The notes under the pieces were generated by a model, which did not search any database, was not told where the DNA came from, and saw nothing but the letters and a program-made list of their open reading frames with translations. The translations under genes and the position numbers were made by a program. Shown here piece after piece: positions 17,080 through 25,328 of a stretch of 31,065 nucleotides of DNA; positions within the stretch are counted from its first letter, which is position 1; each line of letters opens with the position of its first letter. Origin of the DNA: Candidatus Micrarchaeia archaeon (GTDB taxonomy: Archaea > Micrarchaeota > Micrarchaeia > Micrarchaeales > CABMGC01); assembly GCA_049966395.1 (NCBI GenBank), contig JBMFUT010000005.1, positions 1 to 31,065 of the forward strand, written 5' to 3'.

Positions 17080-18360
17080 CTATATGAGTTTCATCCTACC
17101 GCCAAGCTGCAATCTTATTGTCCCGCCGAGCATCTTGGCAATTGCATCGGTGGCGGGGTACACTATCATAAGATCAAGCACAAAAAGAATGATTTGAGAA
17201 AGTGAAAACAGAAGGTAGTAGTTTATGCCGTTCATCACACCATACAAATTGTCGTAAAAAAAGCTGCTCAAACCGTCAGATACGCCGGCAATTCCTGCCG
17301 CAACTCCACTAAACCAACTTGAAACGGTGTTGACAATCCCGACTAAGAGTTGTTCGAGGAGGTTAGACCCTGAATAGCTAAGGGATGTCTGAGAGTAGAC
17401 AGGCAGGCTGCTCAGGAGCATTGACGAAATAGGATAGTTGAAAAATAGCAGCACCGAAGGATATAATATGCCTACTCCTATCCCTATTGCGATAAGCGTC
17501 CCCCCTATGCCCCTCAAGAAAGGAAGGGCGCGCAAGATAAGACCTATTGGAATTAGCACTACCAGCACCACTTCTATCAAATATGGAAGCATGTATATCT
17601 GTGCGTAGATTATGAGCGTAGCTGGCGCCGCGATGAACTCCATGGCGTCGTTGAGTGCAGATTCATATTGCACAGATAGCACTGTTGAATCAAGCATTGG
17701 ATTTGTGTAAGGTACTGCAATAAAGCCGAACTGCAGCGTGACCACCGGCGTTGGAGGTATCAATGGCACGGGTATGTACAAGCCTACCTTTGTGGTCCTC
17801 AGGGCGCCAAGGCCAGCAGCAAGCCCTGTCAGGTAGTCGTTTCCTTCTTCTATGTTGCAAACCACTTGGCCGCAAAGATAGTTGTTCATCACTCCGTTTA
17901 CCAGGGTGCCTACGTTGTTGTAATATGCACCGGATGAGGTGGACTGACCTGATTGCAGGCCATAAAGCGCCACCATTACGCCGCTTATTAGAGTCATAAT
18001 TGCGAATATCCCTGCAATAAGCATTGTTGTTTTTCCTATCTCCCAGTATTCGCTCCTGAGCCATCCCTGCACTCCTATAGACGGGATCAATTTGCTTATG
18101 AAGTATCCTATGGCAACCACAAGAAATGATATTGTCAATGCGAGTAGAGAAAGGGATATGGCTGCTGTAGTTATGTTGAAGCTCACGTTGCCCTGGTAAG
18201 ACGTGCATTGAGAAGGCACAGTTATTCCAGGGAGTTGAGAGCAACTAGACACAAGAGAAACAGAACCTGAACTTCCCGAACCTGCATAATTAATTTTAGT
18301 GCCGAAGGCAAGCAAAAGCAGCACTACAAGCATCGCAAGCCCTAGTTTGGCACCGGTCAT
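17080..18360 (-). CDS. CedA/VirB6-like membrane protein, paralog 1 (first gene of the operon)
   Basis: Signal peptide. Motif 'IGLILRALPFLRGIGGTLIAIGIGVGILYP' and C-terminal 'IAKMLGG'. Confidence 0.72.
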   Translation of the reverse strand: MTGAKLGLAMLVVLLLLAFGTKINYAGSGSSGSVSLVSSCSQLPGITVPSQCTSYQGNVSFNITTAAISLSLLALTISFLVVAIGYFISKLIPSIGVQGWLRSEYWEIGKTTMLIAGIFAIMTLISGVMVALYGLQSGQSTSSGAYYNNVGTLVNGVMNNYLCGQVVCNIEEGNDYLTGLAAGLGALRTTKVGLYIPVPLIPPTPVVTLQFGFIAVPYTNPMLDSTVLSVQYESALNDAMEFIAAPATLIIYAQIYMLPYLIEVVLVVLIPIGLILRALPFLRGIGGTLIAIGIGVGILYPSVLLFFNYPISSMLLSSLPVYSQTSLSYSGSNLLEQLLVGIVNTVSSWFSGVAAGIAGVSDGLSSFFYDNLYGVMNGINYYLLFSLSQIILFVLDLMIVYPATDAIAKMLGGTIRLQLGGRMKLI

Positions 18361-18371
18361 TTAACCTAGCA

Positions 18372-18395
18372 TATTTATTATATAAACTATAAATG
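18372..18395 (-). promoter_or_regulatory. Putative TATA box of the secretion-like operon
   Basis: Minus strand reads 'catttatagtttatataataaat', about 18-33 nt upstream of ATG 18360. Confidence 0.5.
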
Positions 18396-18410
18396 CCTTG
18401 CTATGTTGCG

Positions 18411-19142
18411 TCAGTGTGACAGCAAAGGGAATTTTCTCATGTATGCTTCAGCTTGGAATATGACGAAATAAGGAAGCACTACGATTGAATTTATAACAAG
18501 CATTAGATACTCTGAAGCCAAGGTGCCTGTGATGTGCACAAGAAGGTAGTCTAATATGGAAACCACCATGACTGCGAGCAGAAGCCATATGACAAAATAC
18601 TGCGGCGCACGCGCCATCAGGCGCATGTTGTCCTTGAAAGCCCTGCCTATGCGCTTGTCTTCTACTACTATCGCGCTTGGCACGTAGAATATGAATATGA
18701 ATCCGAAAAATCCGACAATAGAAGTAATGGCGGCCTCCGCGCCAGCATAGTAGCCTATGAAGTTTGCTATAATCAGTGCAAGTGCGTAAACTAATAGCAC
18801 TACGAAAACCTTGCTTATGTAGCGTTCTATGCCCTTGAGCACCGATGAAGGAGTCTTCTTGTAGGTCTTCTTCGCCTTTACTATTAGGCTTATGGCGACA
18901 AAAGCGAAGCTTATGAAAAGCAGCGAAACGAAAAGAGATATTACTATCACTGCCAAAGAGACGGCGCTCATGTTCATTGATATGCTCGCACTCCTCAGGA
19001 ATATTGCGCCCGCGCTCAGGTAAGTCGGCAGAGGCGCGAACATAGGTATGAGGAAAGCTATTGCGAATGGTATTGAGAACAGAAGCACGAAACGTATGTT
19101 CTCAGCATAAGTCGAAAAAGACTCGCTGACTATGTTTGCCAT
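18411..19142 (-). CDS. 243-aa multi-pass membrane protein (YciC/UPF0259-like architecture)
   Basis: About six hydrophobic helices, with 'FYVPSAIVVEDKRIGRAFKDNMRLM' resembling that group. Confidence 0.65.
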   Translation of the reverse strand: MANIVSESFSTYAENIRFVLLFSIPFAIAFLIPMFAPLPTYLSAGAIFLRSASISMNMSAVSLAVIVISLFVSLLFISFAFVAISLIVKAKKTYKKTPSSVLKGIERYISKVFVVLLVYALALIIANFIGYYAGAEAAITSIVGFFGFIFIFYVPSAIVVEDKRIGRAFKDNMRLMARAPQYFVIWLLLAVMVVSILDYLLVHITGTLASEYLMLVINSIVVLPYFVIFQAEAYMRKFPLLSH

Positions 19143-19178
19143 CTTTATCAGAAATATATCTAATGAAACAAATAAAAA

Positions 19179-20603
19179 TTAGCATGATTTGCGCGGCTCC
19201 ATTACAATCCATCCGTATTTTGAATAGCTTTGCTCATAATGCGCGATAGTTGCATTTATGATTCTAGGATATGCCAAAAACCTGTCATAGCCTTCCGGAA
19301 AAACTATCGCTCCGAAGCTGCAGTTGTCCACGCTGCTGACTATTCTAGAATCGTTCCACATTCCATGAGCCTGAAGCACCCAGAAAACGCTGGGTTCGAA
19401 GAGTATTGGCTTACCTGCAGCCACATAAACCTCAGGATCCTCTGCGAGGATAGGTCCGCTCACGTTCCTTAGCATGAAGCCTATTTTGTCCGCTGATGGC
19501 ACAGTGCCGTTGTATATATAAAGCGTTTTGTAGTATGCTGAATTGAAAGCAAGCAGAAGCAGGAACATTGCCACTGTGTAAGACATTGCCACCCTTGGGT
19601 TAAGCATTTGGGTGCCTTTTGCCTTGCTATGTGATATTTCACTTGCGCCGAGTGCGGCGGCAATGCCTAAGAACGCAAGAAAAGGAGTAAAATAGACTAT
19701 TGTAGCGCCGTATTTGGCGCTGCTCAATGTTGAAATGCCAGTAACCACAAGCAGCACGCTTATCAAAGAGTTCCTCTTTTTGAAAAGGAAAAACCACCCT
19801 AGTGCAAGAAGAGCGAAAGCGGCTGAATACGTTGATTTTATGAAATCGAAAAGGTTCAGCAGGAAAATTTTAAAAAGGGCAGGGGTGATAAGTGGCAGCT
19901 CAATCACTTCCAAGATGAAGCGCCCCCCTGTCAGAGCGTTTATTGAAAATACAGCGACTGCAGAAGAAACCAAAAAAATGGCCGAAAAGCCGAGCGCAAG
20001 TTTGAAGCGGCGCTCAATAAGCAAATATATGAGCAATGCGGCGAATATCACAATGGCGCTCTGCCTGAACATGAAGGCGATGAAAAGGGAGACAGCTGCG
20101 TATGCTACCTTTTTGCCTCCAGGCTTGATCATGAGGTATACTGCAAGTAGATCGAAAGCAAGCTCTAAAAAAATTGGACTGAAAGAGGTTCCGTATTGCA
20201 GCAAGAGCGTTGAAGACAAGAAGAATGCCGTTGCAAGCGCCGCATACTTCTTGCTAGACAAATTGTTAGTTATGGCAAATATTAGAACAGAAACAGCTGC
20301 TACTGCGAAAATATCCAAAATTTTCATATAGAAGTAAGGATTTGTCGAGACGAACTGCGGCGCAAGCATAGCAAAAGCCCTGACAAGAAGATATGAAAGA
20401 GGAGTGTAGTAAGTAAGTATGTAAGGATATGTGCTGATGCTTTTGTAAAGGATCCCAGATGTAGCTAGTATCAAAGGGTCGCTGTAATTCAATCCGTAAT
20501 TCCAAAATATGGATCTGAATAGCAGCAGCAAGTTGAAAAATGACTGCGCTATTAGAATTACGGTTATTGAGCTAATTGCCATGCTTGTTTTGCCCTTCAA
20601 CAA
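19179..20603 (-). CDS. GT-C membrane glycosyltransferase (ArnT/PMT-like)
   Basis: Multi-TM protein with a 'YSDP' loop after TM1, 'YYTPLSYLL', 'AFMFRQS' and an extracellular C-terminal domain. GGTGAT RBS with a TTG start (exact start uncertain). Confidence 0.7.
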   Translation of the reverse strand: MLKGKTSMAISSITVILIAQSFFNLLLLFRSIFWNYGLNYSDPLILATSGILYKSISTYPYILTYYTPLSYLLVRAFAMLAPQFVSTNPYFYMKILDIFAVAAVSVLIFAITNNLSSKKYAALATAFFLSSTLLLQYGTSFSPIFLELAFDLLAVYLMIKPGGKKVAYAAVSLFIAFMFRQSAIVIFAALLIYLLIERRFKLALGFSAIFLVSSAVAVFSINALTGGRFILEVIELPLITPALFKIFLLNLFDFIKSTYSAAFALLALGWFFLFKKRNSLISVLLVVTGISTLSSAKYGATIVYFTPFLAFLGIAAALGASEISHSKAKGTQMLNPRVAMSYTVAMFLLLLAFNSAYYKTLYIYNGTVPSADKIGFMLRNVSGPILAEDPEVYVAAGKPILFEPSVFWVLQAHGMWNDSRIVSSVDNCSFGAIVFPEGYDRFLAYPRIINATIAHYEQSYSKYGWIVMEPRKSC

Positions 20604-20611
20604 ATCACCTA

Positions 20612-22495
20612 CTAGCTTGCAGCTGTCATGTTTGCATTGTAGAAGTAGTCCCCGCTGTAGATTATTGCGTCGGCAACATCTATCCTATATGCCTTCTTGG
20701 TATAGTTGCCACTAGCCTTTGGCCAATTGATAGTAGCATTAAGGGCGTATTCGTGAACGCCTGCCTGAAGCGTTATCTTATTTACGTTCAGGAGGCACCG
20801 GTAGTCATTTGTGCTGCAGCGTTGAGGCTGTTTTATCAGACTTGAATTTCCAAAACCTGATATGTATATCGTGTTGTTGGCGTATGTGTAGAAAAACAGG
20901 TACGCCGTGGTATTTGAATTTCCCATGTAGTGTATTTCGGCAGAATAGCGGCTCTCGTTTGACTGTGGGATCGAAATCAGGCTCTGGTTGCTTATTGATA
21001 CCCCGAAATCGCTCTTGTATAAATTATGAGATGCCAGTATTGCATAAAACCCTGCAACCACTAGTAGCAATGCAACTGCTGCCACAGCAAGCCTGTGCCT
21101 CTGCAGAAAAACTTTGCGCCTAGGCGCGGCACCTTCTTTCATGAAAAGCACTATCACCGCAAAGGCTATGAAAAAAGTGAAGTATGAGCCGAGCGCATGT
21201 GGAAACATCAGTGGCACCATGCTGAATATTGGAACTAATTTTTTCTCGTTTAAGAATGCGAAAAGAAGCACCATCAAGAGCGCAGATATAGCAAACATTG
21301 TCGTGAGGGAAGGAATTGTAACATTGTAGAGCTGCAGCAGCGGGTATCCGAATAGCGAGGATGGCAAAGGCAGCAGCAGTTTTCCTATGGGGGAGAACAC
21401 GTCACGGAAATATGCCGTCGGGCTCGAGGCTATGAAATAGCCGTTTATCAATGCAAACACGAATATGGCGCCAAGCAGGTCGTATGCGCCGCGCCTGATG
21501 CCTTTGTTTGTGAAAGAGTATGTTATGAGTAACAGCACTGGGAGCCACAGCTCTTCCTGTATAGAAGCCGCAATGCCAAGCATTAGCCACGAATACTTGC
21601 TATCTATAGAGGCATATGCTATAAGTATCAGCGCAAGCATGAGGAATGTCTGCGTTGAGGACACTATCGCAATGGCAAAAAGCAGAAATATTATCACGCT
21701 ATATCTTGGCCTGGCTATGTGCTTCTTGTCAAGAAGCAGCGCTATTGTAAGCAGGAGTATGAAAATAAATACGCCGGCTTGAATGCTCATTTCGGTAGAA
21801 AGATTTTTCATTGTGGGTGGGAGAAGCAAATAGAAAGGCAGAAAAGATAGCATGTAAAGCGCAGGGTAGTTTATTGTGCCTATTATGTCGTTGTTTGTGG
21901 TCGGAGTATAGCTCATGTTAAGCATGTTATCGTAGACCTGCTGCGAGAAAGAAATCGCATATGGATTTGTGCCGTTTAGGAATGCCTTTGTGCTTAGGAA
22001 GCATATGTAGGCCTCGTCGTCAGGAAAGAAGTGGAAGGCGTATTCAGCAAAATAGTACAGCGATATTATCAATATAGCTGCAAAAATCAATATCAGCGCA
22101 ACTTTTGTGTACTCCTTGCCCGCTCTCAAAAGGTAAGCCCCGAACATCATGCAGAAGAGTAGTGGAAGAAACAGTATTATGTACTTACCCAGCAAAGTTC
22201 CGAGCGTAACTAATGATAGTACTTCGCCTGACCTTACAACAGGCAACATTAAAATAGGCAATAAGAAGAAAAAAACCAAAACCGATAGAGCCACAATCAT
22301 TGGCATGTCGTACTTCTTTGATGCACGGTCTTTCTGGTTTTCAAACATTCTCATTGACGCTATCGCAATAAACGAGATAGCTATAGGTATGCCACTTAAT
22401 GAAGGGATATAAGAAAGGTTACCGCACTGCGCCCCAATGAACATGATAAATAAGAAGGCTGACACGAAGAAGATGCTATCGTGGCTAAGTTGCAT
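20612..22495 (-). CDS. GT-C membrane glycosyltransferase (GT87/DUF2029-like)
   Basis: 'FPDDEAY...FLNGTNPY...NYPALY' motif series, many TM helices and a sequon-rich C-terminal domain. Confidence 0.7.
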   Translation of the reverse strand: MQLSHDSIFFVSAFLFIMFIGAQCGNLSYIPSLSGIPIAISFIAIASMRMFENQKDRASKKYDMPMIVALSVLVFFFLLPILMLPVVRSGEVLSLVTLGTLLGKYIILFLPLLFCMMFGAYLLRAGKEYTKVALILIFAAILIISLYYFAEYAFHFFPDDEAYICFLSTKAFLNGTNPYAISFSQQVYDNMLNMSYTPTTNNDIIGTINYPALYMLSFLPFYLLLPPTMKNLSTEMSIQAGVFIFILLLTIALLLDKKHIARPRYSVIIFLLFAIAIVSSTQTFLMLALILIAYASIDSKYSWLMLGIAASIQEELWLPVLLLITYSFTNKGIRRGAYDLLGAIFVFALINGYFIASSPTAYFRDVFSPIGKLLLPLPSSLFGYPLLQLYNVTIPSLTTMFAISALLMVLLFAFLNEKKLVPIFSMVPLMFPHALGSYFTFFIAFAVIVLFMKEGAAPRRKVFLQRHRLAVAAVALLLVVAGFYAILASHNLYKSDFGVSISNQSLISIPQSNESRYSAEIHYMGNSNTTAYLFFYTYANNTIYISGFGNSSLIKQPQRCSTNDYRCLLNVNKITLQAGVHEYALNATINWPKASGNYTKKAYRIDVADAIIYSGDYFYNANMTAAS

Positions 22496-22520
22496 GATGA
22501 TAATTAAGAGGAATACAAAA

Positions 22521-22559
22521 TAAAAAGGTTAGTTTGCCGCCACACATACGGCGGCAAAC
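22521..22559 (-). terminator. Hairpin + T-tract downstream of the pilin gene
   Basis: Perfect 10-bp stem gtttgccgcc (22532-22541) / ggcggcaaac (22550-22559) with an 8-nt loop. On the minus strand it is followed by taacctttttatttt. Confidence 0.65.
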
Positions 22560-22584
22560 GAAATTTTTCGGCTTACCCGTAGCT

Positions 22585-22908
22585 TCATATTCCTTGTATT
22601 AAGCCTACGAGGTAAGGGGCAATCAATACTAGGATCAATCCCACTATTGAACCTATGATCATACCCATTGCCCAGCCCTGCATGTTTGCCTTTATCTGTC
22701 CTGCTGCAGGCAGGAAATGCGCTGCGGCGTAGAGGACGCCTCCTACCATGAAGAGTGCTATGGCGAACACGCCGATTACAGTCTGCACTATTGATACTAT
22801 GCTCTGGAATACAGAACTGAGCAACGATGCCGCTTGAGCAAACGCTAGAGAACTTATCTGTGACACTAAAAGCAGTGAAACCAGCAGTTTCAGATAATTT
22901 ATTTTCAT
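22585..22908 (-). CDS. VirB2/TrbC/CedA1-like pilin
   Basis: 107 aa: signal peptide ending AFA-Q, an amphipathic helix, then two hydrophobic helices joined by a short loop ('HFLPAAGQIKANMQGW'), ending 'IAPYLVGLI'. GGTG RBS. Confidence 0.75.
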   Translation of the reverse strand: MKINYLKLLVSLLLVSQISSLAFAQAASLLSSVFQSIVSIVQTVIGVFAIALFMVGGVLYAAAHFLPAAGQIKANMQGWAMGMIIGSIVGLILVLIAPYLVGLIQGI

Positions 22909-22943
22909 GTATACACCAATGTCGCATTTTAATATATTGCTAT

Positions 22944-22962
22944 TGATTTAAATAGCTTTCGC
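22944..22962 (-). promoter_or_regulatory. Putative BRE-TATA promoter of the pilin gene
   Basis: Minus strand 'gcgaaagctatttaaatc', about 40 nt upstream of the ATG, leaving a short leader that contains the RBS. Confidence 0.5.
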
Positions 22963-23012
22963 ATAAGTCTATGTAATAGTAGAGAACAAGCTCTCCACGC
23001 TGAAATTATAAC

Positions 23013-23345
23013 TTACTCTGGACTTGGATTGTAGCGTNNNNNNNNNNNNNNNNNNNNNNNNNNNNNNNNNNNNNNNNNNNNNNNNNNNNNNNNNNNNNNN
23101 NNNNNNNNNNNNNNNNNNNNNNNNNNNNNNNNNNNNNCCGAAGTGGCGCTAGTAGTAGATGTTGATAATGATGTTGAGCCAGAAGTCAATAATGAAGGCG
23201 AGCTTGTTGCAGCGTTTGTATAATGGGTATAATGAGTGAAGTAAGTCTTGTGGGTGGGCGGCAATGTAAAAGAGGCAGACAGGGATGCTGCGAATGAAAT
23301 CATGAGCAGCACTATTAGGAATGCATCCCAAAGCCTTATTGGCAT
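23013..23345 (-). CDS. Secreted Ser/Thr-rich protein, interrupted by a gap; length and 3' end uncertain
   Basis: Signal peptide MPIRLWDAFLIVLLMISFAASLSA, then 'THYTHYT' and an S/T-rich linker that runs into Ns. Confidence 0.55.
   Translation of the reverse strand: MPIRLWDAFLIVLLMISFAASLSASFTLPPTHKTYFTHYTHYTNAATSSPSLLTSGSTSLSTSTTSATSXXXXXXXXXXXXXXXXXXXXXXXXXXXXXXXXXXRYNPSPE
23038..23137. other. Assembly gap (100 N)
   Basis: Run of exactly 100 N. Confidence 1.
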
Positions 23346-23394
23346 CCTGTCGCCCTGTATTAATAGGCACCTTATGTATAAATATTTTTGCATT

Positions 23395-24300
23395 TCAGCC
23401 GAGGGTGGCTATTATGCCGTCTATTATGCCGTGCACTCCTACGCCGCCTGTAGACCTAACTGCTATCCTGTGGCTCAGCACTGGCGTTGCAAGGAACTTT
23501 ATGTCGTCTTTCGTAACTTTATTCCTTCCTTCGGCCAATGCCTTGGCCTTACCGCACTGCATGAAGGCTATGTCTGCCCTTGGGCTCGCGCCCATTACAA
23601 CGTGTATGTCTGTCCTGGTTGCGTTGACTATGGCTGTTATGTATCTTGCCACGTCGTCTGGCATCTCGACCTGCTTTGCCTGCTGCTGCATGTCAATTAT
23701 GTCGCTTGTTGTTATTATCTTGTTCACCGCGATCTTTTCCTCTCTCTCCTTTATGCGCAGCATCTCCTGCTCTTCTTCCATGCTCGGATATGAAACATCT
23801 ATCTTCATTATGAACCTATCAGCAAGAACCTTAGGCAGAGGCTCAGTGCCTTCTATCTTGAGAGGATTTTGAGTGGCGAATGCTGTAAAAGGCTTCATGA
23901 GAGGCATGTCCACGCCGCCAACAGTCACCTGCCGCTCCTCGAGGCTTTCCAATAATGCGCTCATGGTCTTTGGGGGCGCCCTGTTGAGCTCATCCACAAG
24001 CAGTATGTTGGTGAATATCGGCCCCCTCTTGAACTTCACCTCGCTGCCCTCCGAGTAGGTGTAGCCTATTATGTCGCTTGGCTCAAGGTCTGGGGTGCCC
24101 TGTATCCTCTTGAAATCCGCCTGTATGGTAGAAGCGAGCGCCTTTGTCATTGTAGTCTTAGCCACTCCAGGCACGCCTTCCAAAAGCGCGTGGCCGTTTG
24201 CCACCAAGGCTATGAATAGAAGCTCAAGGGTCTCCTCTTTTCCAGCAATATGCTTCTTCATTTCTTCCATAACTTTTAAGTATGCATCGTGCGCATCCAA
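23395..24300 (-). CDS. moxR: MoxR-family AAA+ ATPase
   Basis: LLEGVPGVAKT, RIQGTPDLEPSDIIG, GPIFTNILLVDELNRAPPKT, ATQNP, DRF and GASPRA. TTG 24300 chosen as start because of the GGTG RBS. Confidence 0.93.
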   Translation of the reverse strand: MDAHDAYLKVMEEMKKHIAGKEETLELLFIALVANGHALLEGVPGVAKTTMTKALASTIQADFKRIQGTPDLEPSDIIGYTYSEGSEVKFKRGPIFTNILLVDELNRAPPKTMSALLESLEERQVTVGGVDMPLMKPFTAFATQNPLKIEGTEPLPKVLADRFIMKIDVSYPSMEEEQEMLRIKEREEKIAVNKIITTSDIIDMQQQAKQVEMPDDVARYITAIVNATRTDIHVVMGASPRADIAFMQCGKAKALAEGRNKVTKDDIKFLATPVLSHRIAVRSTGGVGVHGIIDGIIATLG

Positions 24301-24327
24301 TGAAACACCAATTACTAAGTAGTCGCA

Positions 24328-24343
24328 GAAAAAGCTTAATAAA
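24328..24343 (+). promoter_or_regulatory. Putative BRE-TATA for rpo4-DUF655
   Basis: 'gaaaaagcttaataaa' upstream of a GGTG RBS and ATG 24387. Confidence 0.45.
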
Positions 24344-24386
24344 CCTAGCACATGTAATATATGAAGCGGATTAAGACGGTGTAGCT

Positions 24387-24725
24387 ATGATAGGAAAGCA
24401 GCACAGCGAACCAAATGCAGTGAGCATGCCCGAGGCGCTCTCAATACTGGAAGAGAGGAAAAAGGAGGGCGAATTAGGCTACGAGCAAGAGATCACGCTT
24501 GAGCACGTCAAGAAGTTCGCAAAGTTGAGCAAGGCAGACGCAGAAAAGATGTCTAAGGAATTGCTGGAATTCGGCCTGAGCAAGAAGGGCGCGGCAAAGA
24601 TCATAGACGTGATGCCAATAAGCGTCCTGCAGCTTAAGCAGGTGCTCATAATAGAAAGGAGAAACTTCGAGGAAGAGACAATAGCCAAGATATTCGAGAC
24701 TATAGAGAAATACAGGAAGAGGTAG
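24387..24725 (+). CDS. rpoF: RNA polymerase subunit Rpo4 (RpoF)
   Basis: 'MIGK...EALSIL...ELGYEQEITLEHVKKFAKL...KIIDVMP'. Followed by DUF655, as in other archaea. Confidence 0.93.
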   Translation: MIGKQHSEPNAVSMPEALSILEERKKEGELGYEQEITLEHVKKFAKLSKADAEKMSKELLEFGLSKKGAAKIIDVMPISVLQLKQVLIIERRNFEEETIAKIFETIEKYRKR

Positions 24726-24752
24726 CGTTAGCATGCATTGTCAGTGGTCGAC

Positions 24753-25328
24753 ATGGCTGAAGAACAAAGACACGAAGAATTGGAGGAGTATGCAATTGTG
24801 CTTGACTATCTGCCTACCGGAAGGTCTTTTTCTGCAAGGTCTGAGCCAGTTGTTGAGCTCATAGGCGAGGAGAGGTTCACGCTTCTAGAAGCAGTGCCGA
24901 AGCCAGGGGCGCAGCTTAAGGTTGAGGAGGAAGTTTACATAGGCAGGAACGAGCGCGATAAGATATCTCTCATAAAAACAAGGCTCAACTACAACGAGCT
25001 CACAGAAGGCGCAAAGAAGGAGTTGCCAACTGCTGTTGCCAACATAATAAGGAAACACGAGGCGAAGTTCGTAAACCTTTTCAATGTCGCTGGGCCGCTG
25101 AACATAAGAGAGCACTCTCTTGAGCTTCTGCCTGGAATAGGCAAGCGCCATTTGCAGGAACTCCTAAAGGCGAGGGAAGAGAAAAAATTTGAGAGCTTTT
25201 CAGACATATCAAGCCGTGTGCCTTTGCTGCAGGATCCGGTGAAGCTGCTTGTAGAGAGGGTGTTGATAGAACTCAACGAGGGCAGCCGATTCTATTTGCT
25301 CACGAGGCCATACAGAAAGCAGTACTAG
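24753..25328 (+). CDS. DUF655 family putative RNA-binding protein (HhH)
   Basis: 'EEYAIVLDYLPTG', 'IGEERFTLLE', 'HSLELLPGIGK' and 'FESFSDI'. Confidence 0.92.
   Translation: MAEEQRHEELEEYAIVLDYLPTGRSFSARSEPVVELIGEERFTLLEAVPKPGAQLKVEEEVYIGRNERDKISLIKTRLNYNELTEGAKKELPTAVANIIRKHEAKFVNLFNVAGPLNIREHSLELLPGIGKRHLQELLKAREEKKFESFSDISSRVPLLQDPVKLLVERVLIELNEGSRFYLLTRPYRKQY

Noticed and set aside
3729..18360. Integrated conjugative element or provirus
   Set aside because: No integrase, relaxase, coupling protein, tRNA target, flanking direct repeats or viral genes were seen, and codon style looks like that of the flanking housekeeping genes.
23248..23872. Cys/His/Tyr-rich plus-strand ORFs (181 and 183 aa)
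   Set aside because: They are antisense to the well-conserved moxR gene.
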